This document shows positions 1-9,709 of a stretch of 64,000 nucleotides of DNA, piece after piece. The notes beneath the pieces were generated by a model. The model made no database searches. It was not told the DNA's origin and saw only the letters and a list, made by a program, of their open reading frames with translations. Every line of letters begins with the position of its first letter. Position 1 is the stretch's first letter. The DNA comes from Nitrospinales bacterium (GTDB taxonomy: Bacteria > Nitrospinota > Nitrospinia > Nitrospinales > VA-1). The position numbers and the translations under genes are program-made. The stretch is from NCBI GenBank assembly GCA_965223345.1, contig CBDCWG010000012.1:2304001-2368000 (forward strand), in the 5' to 3' direction.

Positions 1-871
1 TTTGCGCCTGCATGAGAGCGACGACGGTGGACGAGTCGATGCCGCCTGAGAGAAATGCCCCGAGCGGTACGTCTGCGATCATGCGCAGCTTGACGGCGTC
101 GCGCAGGATGGCATCGAGGTGCGCGATGGCTTCCTCGTCGGATCCTGTGAAAGGCTGCGCCGCTCCCTGCTCGGCCACTTCCTTTGCCGACCAGAACGCA
201 TGGGTCTTCGGCCCGGCCTGCGGGCGGTTGCCATCCAGCGTGAGGATGTGGCCGGGTTTGAGTTTAGAGACTCCCCGGTAAATCGAATGCGGCAGCGGGA
301 CGTCGCCGTAACGCATGAAAAGGGCCAGCGCATTGCGATCGATTTCGTTTTTGAAATCGGGATGCTCCTTGAAAGCCTTGAGCTCGGAGGCGAACAGGAA
401 GGAGTCGCCCTGCCAGCCGTAGTACAAAGGCTTGATGCCCAGCCGGTCGCGCACCAGATGCAGCTTTCTTTCCTTCCTGTCCCAGAGAGCGAAGGCGAAC
501 ATGCCGATGAACCGGCCGACAGCCTTTTCCAGCCCCCAGTGCTCGATGGCCTCTAAAATCACTTCGGTGTCGGAATGACCGCGCCAGTTGGTCTGCGGCA
601 GTTGCGCGCGCAGCGCTTCGAAGTTGTAGATCTCACCGTTGAAGACGATGACGAAGCGGCCGCTGGCGGAAGGCATGGGCTGATGGCCTTCGGGAGACAG
701 GTCGAGGATGGACAGGCGGCGGTGCGCCAGGCCGATACCGGCTTCCCGGTCCATCCAGACGCCGGAATCGTCGGGGCCGCGGTGGATGAGGACGTCTTTC
801 ATCCGTTCCAGGCAACCCTGCCAGTCCAGGCCCTGTCCCTTGCTGTTATAAAATCCGGCGATGCCGCACAT
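1..871 (-). CDS. asnB: Asparagine synthase (glutamine-hydrolysing)-like amidotransferase, truncated by the left window edge
   Basis: Absent from the ORF track because it runs off the window. Manual translation from ATG 871 gives MCGIAG...HRGPDD...LAHRRLSILDLS...FNGEIYNF...SDTEV...RDRLGIKPLYY...FLSGGIDSS, i.e. an Ntn-Cys2 glutaminase plus the start of the synthetase domain. Confidence 0.93.
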   Translation of the reverse strand, partial: MCGIAGFYNSKGQGLDWQGCLERMKDVLIHRGPDDSGVWMDREAGIGLAHRRLSILDLSPEGHQPMPSASGRFVIVFNGEIYNFEALRAQLPQTNWRGHSDTEVILEAIEHWGLEKAVGRFIGMFAFALWDRKERKLHLVRDRLGIKPLYYGWQGDSFLFASELKAFKEHPDFKNEIDRNALALFMRYGDVPLPHSIYRGVSKLKPGHILTLDGNRPQAGPKTHAFWSAKEVAEQGAAQPFTGSDEEAIAHLDAILRDAVKLRMIADVPLGAFLSGGIDSSTVVALMQAQ

Positions 872-959
872 AGGCTGTGTTCCTTCGCGCCTTGGTTGAT
901 AAAAGGATGTTGTTTCTATCTATTAAAAACGAGACCGGTATTTTGCGTCCCGTTTGAGA

Positions 960-2120
960 TCACACGCAGTGGCTGGTTAAAACCTTGTGATACACCGATT
1001 CGTAATTGGAAGTGACCGATGGAAGCGAAAAATCACGGACGATTCTTTCGCGCGCCCGTTCTCCCAGCCGCCGACGTTCTTCGCTGCTCTTCTCGAACAT
1101 CCGGCTCCAGGCTTTCGCCATGCTCTCAGGTTGTCTCGGCGGGACGAGGATGCCCGTGTCTCCGATCACAAATCCGTTTTCCCCCACATCGGTGGCGACG
1201 CAGGGAACACCGCAGGCCATGGCTTCTCCAAGTACATTGGAAAAGCCCTCTTCGATGGATGAGGAACAGACCAGATCGAGTCCCGGCATGATCCGGTTCA
1301 AGTCCTTGCGCACTCCCAGCAGATGGACACGGGATTTAAGGTTCAGCTCTTCAATCGTTCGAACCAGCTTCGGATTGTCTGCATCCACCTCACTCCCCGC
1401 CAGCACAAAGTGAACGTCGTCCCGGGTTTTGGCGATGCAGGCGGCGGCGCGGATGAAGGTGTCGTGGTCTTTATGCGCGTGATAGCGGCCGAACAGTCCG
1501 ATCAGGCGGGAAGATTCGCAAAGGCCCAGCTCCTGGCGGAGCCATTGCTTCCCTTCCCGGGAAGGGGAAAACGAATCGGTGTCGAAACCGTTCGGGATCA
1601 CGAGGCTTTTGGAGGCCATATAGCCCAGCGCTTCGTGTTGCTGCGCGCTGACTTTGGAGTTGTAGATGATCGTCATCGGTTTTTTCGACAATTTGGCTCC
1701 CAGAGTGATGACCCAGGCCGTGGTTCGCTTTTCGTTTTTCAACCCGTCGATGCCGTGACGGATACTCCAGAGTACGGGACCCGCATGCGGTAAAAACGAA
1801 TTGGCAAATTGCGCCGCCAGATTTCCGTGGTACATCCATCCCTGCAGCAGGTCCGGTTGCAGCGATTTCACCAGGCGGACCAGCCGCAGTCCGGATACGG
1901 GATCGGAGGTGGTTTTTTTCATGTCGATCGCGTGGACCGGTATGCCCAGTTCGCGGATTTTTTCACCCACCGCACCCACTTCCATGAGCGAAATCACCTC
2001 CGGAGCGAACTCGTGGCGGTCCATCTGTGACAGGAGTTTGTACAACATCATCTCCGCCCCTCCGGTGTGGAGGTTCGTGATGAGGAAGACGATCCGGCAT
2101 TTTGAGTTGTTGACGGTCAT
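960..2120 (-). CDS. Glycosyltransferase family 4
   Basis: TGGAE N-terminal motif and EGFSNVLGEAMACG EX7E motif. ATG 2120 overlaps the upstream stop. Confidence 0.92.
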   Translation of the reverse strand: MTVNNSKCRIVFLITNLHTGGAEMMLYKLLSQMDRHEFAPEVISLMEVGAVGEKIRELGIPVHAIDMKKTTSDPVSGLRLVRLVKSLQPDLLQGWMYHGNLAAQFANSFLPHAGPVLWSIRHGIDGLKNEKRTTAWVITLGAKLSKKPMTIIYNSKVSAQQHEALGYMASKSLVIPNGFDTDSFSPSREGKQWLRQELGLCESSRLIGLFGRYHAHKDHDTFIRAAACIAKTRDDVHFVLAGSEVDADNPKLVRTIEELNLKSRVHLLGVRKDLNRIMPGLDLVCSSSIEEGFSNVLGEAMACGVPCVATDVGENGFVIGDTGILVPPRQPESMAKAWSRMFEKSSEERRRLGERARERIVRDFSLPSVTSNYESVYHKVLTSHCV

Positions 2121-3433
2121 CACCAGACTTCCTTAGGAATGGGAGCGGGTTTTTTGGGTTTCCTGGATTTTAGCGATTCATAGTAGGCAAGGGCTCCGAG
2201 AATACCGAGCAAACCGACGACATTTCTGTTTTGCAATAAATTGTGATCGTGCACGCCTGCCAGTGCTATTGAGAATATAAATATCATCCCGCGCATGTCT
2301 TTCAACCGGTAAAAATGGGAAAACGAAACGGCTAGAAAAATCAGATAAAAAATAAGACCCAGAATTCCGTTTTCGACCCAATGCTTGAGGTACATGTTGT
2401 GTGCGGGATAGAACCGGGTGCGGGAAAAATTGGTGCCGTGTCCCAGCAGAGGGGCTTTTTCCACCAGTTCAAGATATTCTAGCACCAGGTGTTTTCTTTC
2501 GTGATCGGTTGCAAACGACATGTCTCCCTTGGTGAATTCAAATATGGTCTGGATGCGCGCCTGAGTGGCTTGATCCGCAAACATGGCATTCGATTCCACC
2601 ATGTGCCGGGATAAGGGAAAAATCACGAAAAACAACAAGACGACGACGCTGATTGAAAATCCTATCTTTTTCAGAGCCGACTCTCTTTTCAGGCTGATCA
2701 CCACATAGATCGTCAGGACGATGAGAAACAGGATGAGGTTCCCCACTGAAAGCGTCGGGATCACCGCCATGGCGGCTATTGTCCAGACGATGAGGTTGAT
2801 CCAGTCGTGTTTCTTCCAATTGGTACAGGCGATGGAGAGAAGAATGATGCTCAAAGCGCCTTCGTTGGCATTGCCGATAAAACCGGAGGCCCGGCCGGCG
2901 TTCTCGGTGAATTCCAAAGGATTTTCGACGGAATACCAGATGCCACCGCAGGCGGATAAGAAAATGATGAACAGGATTTTCCGATGGTGTTTGCGTACGG
3001 TGGCGCTGCTGGCGATGCCGATGCACAAGACCATCAGCAGCCAATGGTACATATCCATCACGATGGAGCGGAATCCCTGGTACCAATAGGCGCTGGGATG
3101 CATCCCCCAGATAAGAGAGATCAAGGCAACGAGCCAAAGCGGGACGATGACCCGCAATGTGTTGCGATAAGCCTGCCACAACTGCGATCCCCTGTCTTTG
3201 AACAGACTGAAGAGGAGGATCGGCATGAAAAGCATCATCAACAGAACCAGCGGAGGGGATGATTTCGGAAAAAACGGGAAATTCCTGTCCGCCAGAAAGG
3301 CATCGGCCCCTGTCAATACGGGAAACAGAAGCAGAGTGAAAACCACCCCAAGGACGATCTTCGAGAAAAAGCTCTGCACTCCCTTTGGTTTTTCCATTTC
3401 AAATGGAGTTTCTTGCGCTAAGGTGTTGGGCAT
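2120..3433 (-). CDS. O-antigen ligase/polymerase (Wzy-like) membrane protein
   Basis: Many TM segments, RASGFIGNAN, PLLGHG and AHNMYL (Wzy_C-type HN) motifs, between GT genes. Confidence 0.82.
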   Translation of the reverse strand: MPNTLAQETPFEMEKPKGVQSFFSKIVLGVVFTLLLFPVLTGADAFLADRNFPFFPKSSPPLVLLMMLFMPILLFSLFKDRGSQLWQAYRNTLRVIVPLWLVALISLIWGMHPSAYWYQGFRSIVMDMYHWLLMVLCIGIASSATVRKHHRKILFIIFLSACGGIWYSVENPLEFTENAGRASGFIGNANEGALSIILLSIACTNWKKHDWINLIVWTIAAMAVIPTLSVGNLILFLIVLTIYVVISLKRESALKKIGFSISVVVLLFFVIFPLSRHMVESNAMFADQATQARIQTIFEFTKGDMSFATDHERKHLVLEYLELVEKAPLLGHGTNFSRTRFYPAHNMYLKHWVENGILGLIFYLIFLAVSFSHFYRLKDMRGMIFIFSIALAGVHDHNLLQNRNVVGLLGILGALAYYESLKSRKPKKPAPIPKEVW

Positions 3434-4539
3434 AACACCGCCTCCGTTCTTGCGACCAATTGTTCGACGCTGAAATTATTCTCGATCCTCGCTCTCGCCT
3501 GCACCGTCGTTTCTGCGTGAGGCTGACTCATACAGGTTTCCCAACCTGCAGCGAGGGCTTGCGGGTCCCTGGGAGGAACCACCACTCCGGAATCCCCGAC
3601 CAGCCAGGAAGAATCGCCCACATCGGTGACCACACAGGGCACACCGCAGGCCATGGCCTCGCCGATGACGTTGGGGAAGCCCTCGCCAAATGAAGAGGAA
3701 GAGCAAACGATGTCCAGGGCGTTGTAGACCGCGGGCATGTCTTTTCTGGAACCCGCCCACAGCATGTGGTCTTTGAGCTGCAATTCATCGGCGATCTGCA
3801 TGAGACTGGCTTTATAGGACTCCGGTCCGTTTCCGATGCTGACGAAACGCACATCGGACCGTTTTTTCAGCAACAACGCGGCTGCTTTGAGAAAGGTCGT
3901 GTGATCTTTCATCGGGTCCAGCCGCCCGACCAGTCCGATCAGTTTGTCCTTCTCCGCGATGTTCCATTCTTTGCGGATGCGCATCCCGGCCGCCGCATCC
4001 GGTTTGAACTGGTGTAAATCGATGCCGTTGGGAATGACGATCATTTTATCCGCGGGAAATCCCTCCGAAGCGGCATGCTGATAGCCTGCTTTCGAGTTCA
4101 CAATGATGGAATCCGCAAACCGGGACAACCAGCATTCCAGTTTGTGATGGTAGTGGGAAATCCTGTCGTAAAAAGACAGATCCATGTTCGATGCGCGCAG
4201 TCCCCATACCATGCGGGTTTTGGGTAAAAACGGTTTCAGCAGCACCGTGAGGCAATTCGCGGTGCCCAGGTAACCCTGAACGAGATCCGGCTTGAACCGG
4301 CGCATTTCCTTTACCAGGCGACCCAGAAAGCGGATCACGTCCCACCGGCCCCGCTTGTTCAAAGAAACGTATTTCACATGCTTCAGCTTTCTGATCTCAT
4401 CGCCGAACAGGCCGCCGTCATAGAACGTCATGAGGCACAGGTCGTACTTTTGCGGGTCGAGCCCTTTGATGAGCGCCAGCAGCTGGCGCTGCGCGCCGCC
4501 TTCGTTCAGCATGCGAATTAAAAAACAGATGCGCGTCAT
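3418..4539 (-). CDS. Glycosyltransferase family 4
   Basis: Start set at MTRICFLIR (ATGA overlap with upstream stop). GGAQ, GRLDPMKDH and EGFPNVIGEAMACG motifs. Paralogue of 960-2120. Confidence 0.92.
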   Translation of the reverse strand: MTRICFLIRMLNEGGAQRQLLALIKGLDPQKYDLCLMTFYDGGLFGDEIRKLKHVKYVSLNKRGRWDVIRFLGRLVKEMRRFKPDLVQGYLGTANCLTVLLKPFLPKTRMVWGLRASNMDLSFYDRISHYHHKLECWLSRFADSIIVNSKAGYQHAASEGFPADKMIVIPNGIDLHQFKPDAAAGMRIRKEWNIAEKDKLIGLVGRLDPMKDHTTFLKAAALLLKKRSDVRFVSIGNGPESYKASLMQIADELQLKDHMLWAGSRKDMPAVYNALDIVCSSSSFGEGFPNVIGEAMACGVPCVVTDVGDSSWLVGDSGVVVPPRDPQALAAGWETCMSQPHAETTVQARARIENNFSVEQLVARTEAVLCPTP

Positions 4540-5300
4540 TGTTTCGAATTCACCAAAGGGTTCCAGATCGATCGCTTGAAGCGAAGCGACGTCAGGTAAA
4601 ACTTGGAAAAAAGACCGTCCATCCACGTCCGGTGCCGGTCCTGGTACGCGGCAATGATTTCGTCCAGGCATTTGATCTGCGGTTTGAACCGCCGGACCTG
4701 TTCGTGAAACCGCGACAGATCCTGTTCGGACCAGGTGTTGTGGTGAAAACCGATGGTCCATGCGCCCAGAAACATCGAGCGAAAACGCCACAATTGCTGG
4801 GGCACCCACATCATTTCATCCGCATCGGTGTGCGGGAACAGAAAGTGTCCGTCGCTGATGATGCGGATGCCGTGTTTCTTCAAAATCTTCAAGGTCTGCG
4901 CGTCAAACGAATGGCCCGGTGCGATCCAGACTTTCGGATTCACGTTTTCCTTCTGGAATATCTTAAGGGACTTGTTGATTTTTTCCTCCTGCTCGGCGGT
5001 GGAGAGCCCGGCAAACTCGCTGAACCGGTTCAATCCCAGGATCCCAGGATTCCGGGTCGTGTAATCGTGCTGGTATCCGTGAATACCGATCGTCCAGCCC
5101 CGGCTCTGCCAGCGGCGCACGCAATCCCAAAAATCGGCGTTGGCGGGGAACACATCGAGGTTCTTGTCCCGATTGTCCGGCACCACCGCCAGGATGGGCT
5201 TGATGTCGTTTTCGACGAGTGTTTTCTCGATTTCATTCCAGATGTCCCAGTTCATGGTGGGACAAATGTCATCGAATCGAAGCAAATACGAAGCGCTCAT
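4536..5300 (-). CDS. Polysaccharide deacetylase-like protein (DUF2334-like, NodB/CE4 fold)
   Basis: LRFDD, HGYQH and APGH motifs typical of CE4-like deacetylases. Confidence 0.82.
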   Translation of the reverse strand: MSASYLLRFDDICPTMNWDIWNEIEKTLVENDIKPILAVVPDNRDKNLDVFPANADFWDCVRRWQSRGWTIGIHGYQHDYTTRNPGILGLNRFSEFAGLSTAEQEEKINKSLKIFQKENVNPKVWIAPGHSFDAQTLKILKKHGIRIISDGHFLFPHTDADEMMWVPQQLWRFRSMFLGAWTIGFHHNTWSEQDLSRFHEQVRRFKPQIKCLDEIIAAYQDRHRTWMDGLFSKFYLTSLRFKRSIWNPLVNSKQ

Positions 5301-5310
5301 GATGTTGGGT

Positions 5311-6426
5311 TCACCTTTTTTCGAGCGTGCCGTTGATGGCCTGCTCCCACAATGCAGAAACTTTTTCCAGCGAAAACCGGTCCAGGATCTCCTGGGCGCG
5401 CGTCGCCAGGCTCTTCCGATAGGTTTCGTTGCCCATCAACCGGTCCAGTCCTTCCGCCAGGCCGCTCACGTCCTGAGGGGGAACCAGCAGGCCGTCCACA
5501 CCGTCGCGTATGATGGCGCGGGGGCCGGTGGGGCAGTCGAAGCTGATCACCGGCAGGCCGCAGGCCATGGCCTCGCAAAGGACGTTGGGGAACCCCTCGT
5601 AGCGCGATGAAAGCGCAAACAGATCCGCCTGCAGCATTTTTTCGGCCGGCTCTTTCGTGACACCGGCAAGCTGAACCGAATCGGTCAGGCCGAGTTCGTC
5701 GCGCAGGTTTTCCAGCTCCCGGGCGGGCTGTTTGTCGTGAATGGCGCCCCATATCTTGAGCGACCAGTCCGGGTATTTGGGCGCCACTTTGGAAAAGGCC
5801 TGGATCAACAGATCGAATCCTTTTTGCTCGTTCACTCTTCCCATGGCCAACAGCACTTTTTTCGAGTTCTTTGCGAGCGCGTGTGCCCCATTGGTTTTCG
5901 GTGCGGCCGGCGGTCTCACCGGATTGGGAATCATCCAGATCGGCGCTTTGACGTTTTTCGCAAAATAATCGCGGATCTCCTCGGTCTGCACGACCAGTCC
6001 CGCCGCTTGCGAGTAGGCCCAGGGCCGGATTTTGTGCCACAGCTTGCGGCTTGCGAGACTTTCGGGAAGATTCCGTTCTGAAATCAGCACCGGTATTTTG
6101 AGCCCCTTGGTCGCCAGCACGGTGATGATGTTCTGCTGCACGCCGAATGCGATCACCATTTCCGGTTTGCTGCGCCGGATGGCCCGCCGCAAATGTAAGA
6201 CCCGCTTCAGATTGAAAAACACCGCTTCTTTCAAATTGGCCGACACCGTCACGAGATCGAGCGGATGGTAATCGATTTTCGGATGCAGCTCGTAAAACGG
6301 CGGATAGCCGTCGAACGTGATGATCGTGATGTCCCACCCTTTTTCGGCCCAGTGATTGGCCAGGGTGGTCAGCACGCGCTCCGCTCCGCCTGGGGTGAGC
6401 GCGTTTATGATGAACGTCAGTCTCAT
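5311..6426 (-). CDS. Glycosyltransferase family 4 (PglJ/PglH-like)
   Basis: Start set at MRLTFIINALTPGGAERV (ATGA overlap). SRYEGFPNVLCEAMACG and DCPTGP motifs. Confidence 0.92.
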   Translation of the reverse strand: MRLTFIINALTPGGAERVLTTLANHWAEKGWDITIITFDGYPPFYELHPKIDYHPLDLVTVSANLKEAVFFNLKRVLHLRRAIRRSKPEMVIAFGVQQNIITVLATKGLKIPVLISERNLPESLASRKLWHKIRPWAYSQAAGLVVQTEEIRDYFAKNVKAPIWMIPNPVRPPAAPKTNGAHALAKNSKKVLLAMGRVNEQKGFDLLIQAFSKVAPKYPDWSLKIWGAIHDKQPARELENLRDELGLTDSVQLAGVTKEPAEKMLQADLFALSSRYEGFPNVLCEAMACGLPVISFDCPTGPRAIIRDGVDGLLVPPQDVSGLAEGLDRLMGNETYRKSLATRAQEILDRFSLEKVSALWEQAINGTLEKR

Positions 6427-7811
6427 TGTGTCCCCGCTGTCAGACGTTTCATTTTTCGTTTCAAACCGACCGACAAAAACATATTCGAAACCAGGTACAC
6501 GCAGGCGGTCGAAAGAGCGATTCCGGAAACCCCCATGAACTGCATGAACGTGTAGTTCAATACAATGTTCAGAGGAAAGGAGATCAGTGTCCCGTAAAAC
6601 AACAGCTGGTTGTACTTGAGAGATGAAATGAGCCGCACCTTCATGATCGACAGGATGTAAAACGGGATCTGCAATGCGTACATGGCCTGGATCTGGCCGA
6701 CGACCAGCGTGTCCCGGTCGGTGAACGCACCCCGTTCGAACAGCAGTCGAATCAGAGATTCCGAAAAATACATAAGCAGAAGGGTGACGGGAATCGAAAT
6801 CTGCAAAATCAAAAGGGAATATTTTTTCAGGGTGTCGGCGATGCCTTCCCAGTCTTTGCCGGCGGCCATTTTGGAAAAATAGGGCAGCGCGGCTGTGCCC
6901 AGTCCCATCGCGCCGATCGCAAGGACTGCGGAAGGGATGCGGTTCCCGTATCCCAGTGCGGCCACACTCCCCGCCTCCAGCATGGCCGCCATGGACTGAT
7001 CGACGAGGTCGGTGCTGACCATGATCATGGAGCCACCCAGAATGGGAAAGTACTGCTTGATGGCATTGCGAATCGGAGGCGTCAGCCCCGCCCAACGCGG
7101 GCGGAGTTTGACGTTTTTCTTTTTCAGTCCCCAGGCCAGCAGAAGCCCCTGACTGGCGAATCCGGCAAGGACTCCTAGCACCAGCGCGTAAATTCCAAGA
7201 GCCGGTGCGAAACCGACCAGGGAAACGATGATGGTGATGGAAATCAGCAAGGGAGAAAGCGCCACCAGAGTGAAGTTTTCTCCGGCGTTGAGGATGGAAC
7301 TGAATATCGTCGCCAGTCCATTGAGAATGATCACCGGAAGGAGAAAGTAAAACAGTTTTTGCGTCAGGGCCAGTTTCTCGGCGCCGAATCCGGATCCAAA
7401 AAATGGCAGCACTAAGGGAGAACACAGCGCCATCACCAGCGTCATCAACAAAAGAAATCCAATGCAAAGCGTCAGCATGCTGCCCGCCAGTTCCTGAGCC
7501 GCTTCCGGACTTTTATGATCCCTTTCCTGAATGTATGCGGGGATCACGGCGGCATTGAACGAACTGGTGACGATGGAGACTGTGAAAGAGGGCAGGATGT
7601 AGGCGATGAGATACGCATCCATCGCGTCGCTGGTGCCATAGGAATAGGCGACCACCAGTTCTTTGAACATGCCCAGTGCTTTGACGGCGACGGAACAGAG
7701 GGCGACAATGAGGGCCGCACCGAAAATTTTCCGGTTGGTGGACTGGTTGATCAACCGGTTCCAGTGATAGGTCAGGTTTTTCAAGCTGTAGGTGGCGGTT
7801 GATTCTGTCAT
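6423..7811 (-). CDS. MurJ/MviN-like MOP-family flippase
   Basis: Many TM helices, ELVVAYSYGTS-DAMDAY and LLFERGAF motifs typical of MviN. Confidence 0.85.
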   Translation of the reverse strand: MTESTATYSLKNLTYHWNRLINQSTNRKIFGAALIVALCSVAVKALGMFKELVVAYSYGTSDAMDAYLIAYILPSFTVSIVTSSFNAAVIPAYIQERDHKSPEAAQELAGSMLTLCIGFLLLMTLVMALCSPLVLPFFGSGFGAEKLALTQKLFYFLLPVIILNGLATIFSSILNAGENFTLVALSPLLISITIIVSLVGFAPALGIYALVLGVLAGFASQGLLLAWGLKKKNVKLRPRWAGLTPPIRNAIKQYFPILGGSMIMVSTDLVDQSMAAMLEAGSVAALGYGNRIPSAVLAIGAMGLGTAALPYFSKMAAGKDWEGIADTLKKYSLLILQISIPVTLLLMYFSESLIRLLFERGAFTDRDTLVVGQIQAMYALQIPFYILSIMKVRLISSLKYNQLLFYGTLISFPLNIVLNYTFMQFMGVSGIALSTACVYLVSNMFLSVGLKRKMKRLTAGTQ

Positions 7812-8522
7812 GCAAAGACCGGACTGATGGTTGTGTATGAGGGCGTGGCGGGGTTTTTGGGACCGGCGAATTTTTCGCCGTGCCTGTCCTTAAAAAAGGA
7901 CTCTGTTCCAACTCCCCCTTTAAACCGCCCCTTGTCAAAGATTTTCAAGGAATGTTGAGAAATACAGTGTAATCCCAAAACCGAATTCCGCAAATGATCT
8001 CCATCCCTGCTTGTCGAGGAAATGTTTGTAATTATAATGCCAATCTAATATTGGGAATTGATTGAGGTTTTGTAACGTTTTGTTGACAGATCGCCGCGGG
8101 CAGGGGATCGCCAGTCGTTGGGTTGCTGGATTTTACTAGATTTACATTTCCAGGGCAAAAGAAGTATAATCCATTGAAAAATAAGGGGTAACTTTGGAGG
8201 CCTTTGCCGTTCCTGCAAGGGATTTCGATGACCTAAGAATACAGGAAACGAAGAAAAAATGTCAATCGAATATGGGGCGATTATTCGAACTCGGAAAGTG
8301 GATTTCTGCCTAAAAATCCGCTCCGAAGGTCCCAGGGGCAGCAAAGCAGCGAAAACGGCCAACACAGAGGGTTGCGGGCGGCTCAGAGGGGGAGTAAGGC
8401 GGAACGCAGCCTTGCTCTGCACGGTGGCGTTATCCGGAAACGGGCTATGGAAGGGGCGGGGTTTTTGCTGGGATTGAGGGGCGATTATCGAAATGAGGCG
8501 TCCCCGGATCGACCGCACCGGT

Positions 8523-9509
8523 TCATCGTCTCTTTTGCGCCGTGATGAAAATCCCCGAAACCGCCAGATCCTCCGCATCCAGATTGCGGAACGGTTTGCA
8601 GAACCCTTGCCGGTACTTTTCCACATATTGCAAGGCCTTTTGCCTCAGGCCCGGATCGATATCTTCAAATTTTCGATGCGGGTTTATTTCGCCCACCCCC
8701 ACCAGACGGGTCACCAATATGGAGAAATCGCTCAAGTCCGTCTTTCTCAGCTTCTCCAGTAAATTTCTGTAATGATGGGTGAGAATCCTGTTGGGGCGGC
8801 CCACCTCCCGGGCAAAAAAATTCCAGACGCAGGAGGGGATTCTGAGAAAAGACAATTCGGGAAGCTGGCGGGAAAAGGCGCCGTGATCGCGAAGGTCCAC
8901 TTTGTGGGCGATTTTACCGCCCGGATTCAGACAACGCACGCCGTCCCGGAGTGCGTCCAGGGGATTGTACAGATGCTCGAATACGGCCCTGGAAACGATG
9001 AAATCGTATTTGGGCTGGCGATGTTTGGCGCACTCTTCGAAGTAGATTTCCGACGCCTGGCCGCAATGCCAGGCAAGCCCTCTGATGTGTTCGTCGTCCC
9101 AGTCTGTTCCCTGCCGGAATCGTTCGAGGTCGTGGTTGTTAGAAAGTTGCTGGTAAATCAGTGCGTGTTTCTTTACATCGCGTTTGGGGGGGAAACGATC
9201 GACCAGATCGATTTTTTGGCAGCCGGCCTTGAGAATCAACAGGGCAACTCCGGCGTTGTTCCCTGGCCCCACTTCTGCGACCCTGCCATGAAATTCAGGG
9301 TTTTTTAAGTATTTCTTGTAATCATCGAAGACTTCTTCGATGTATGCGATCGATTCTTTAACTTGCAGGGATTTGTGTTTTTCGGCGGAAAACGTTTGCT
9401 GCATTCCTAGCGAACAGAGGAGTCGGCGCTTGATTTCGTTCGCCAGCAGAGCGGCCAGCTTGATGTGGAAATGGGCGTGAATGTATTGTCTTACAGGTGG
9501 AGGAATCAT
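8523..9509 (-). CDS. Class I SAM-dependent methyltransferase
   Basis: VAEVGPG motif I, YDFIVSRAVFEH, LNPGG and HKVDLRDH. Start uncertain (ATG 9509 or GTG 9563). Confidence 0.8.
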   Translation of the reverse strand: MIPPPVRQYIHAHFHIKLAALLANEIKRRLLCSLGMQQTFSAEKHKSLQVKESIAYIEEVFDDYKKYLKNPEFHGRVAEVGPGNNAGVALLILKAGCQKIDLVDRFPPKRDVKKHALIYQQLSNNHDLERFRQGTDWDDEHIRGLAWHCGQASEIYFEECAKHRQPKYDFIVSRAVFEHLYNPLDALRDGVRCLNPGGKIAHKVDLRDHGAFSRQLPELSFLRIPSCVWNFFAREVGRPNRILTHHYRNLLEKLRKTDLSDFSILVTRLVGVGEINPHRKFEDIDPGLRQKALQYVEKYRQGFCKPFRNLDAEDLAVSGIFITAQKRR

Positions 9510-9678
9510 ACGGCTCCCATCGGCGCATCCGAATCGCTCGTCAACGCTCGCTGAAAAATTCACTCAAGGAGGCTTGTTTCCTAACCTACCGCGAAATCAT
9601 CTGGATTGAATCGTTATTTTCTCGGTTTTTTCCCTTTATGCTGATTTGAAAAAAACTTTCATCCTGAAACCCGTAAGA

Positions 9679-9703
9679 CGTCCTCCCCGCGAGGGGGAGG
9701 ACG
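9679..9703 (-). terminator. GC-rich hairpin directly after ugd
   Basis: cgtcctcccc-gcgag-ggggaggacg, 10-bp stem. U-tract is weak. Confidence 0.5.
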
Positions 9704-9709
9704 GCTGTT

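Noticed and set aside
5311..7467. 718-aa ORF suggesting a fusion onto the GT4
   Set aside because: The extension overlaps the MurJ-like gene in another frame. The real start is 6426. The same applies to extended calls at 4809, 16668 and 63777.
8028..8043. sigma54-like TGGCATTATAATTACA on the minus strand upstream of the flippase operon
   Set aside because: Has AC instead of the conserved GC at -12 and could equally be a sigma70 -10 box.
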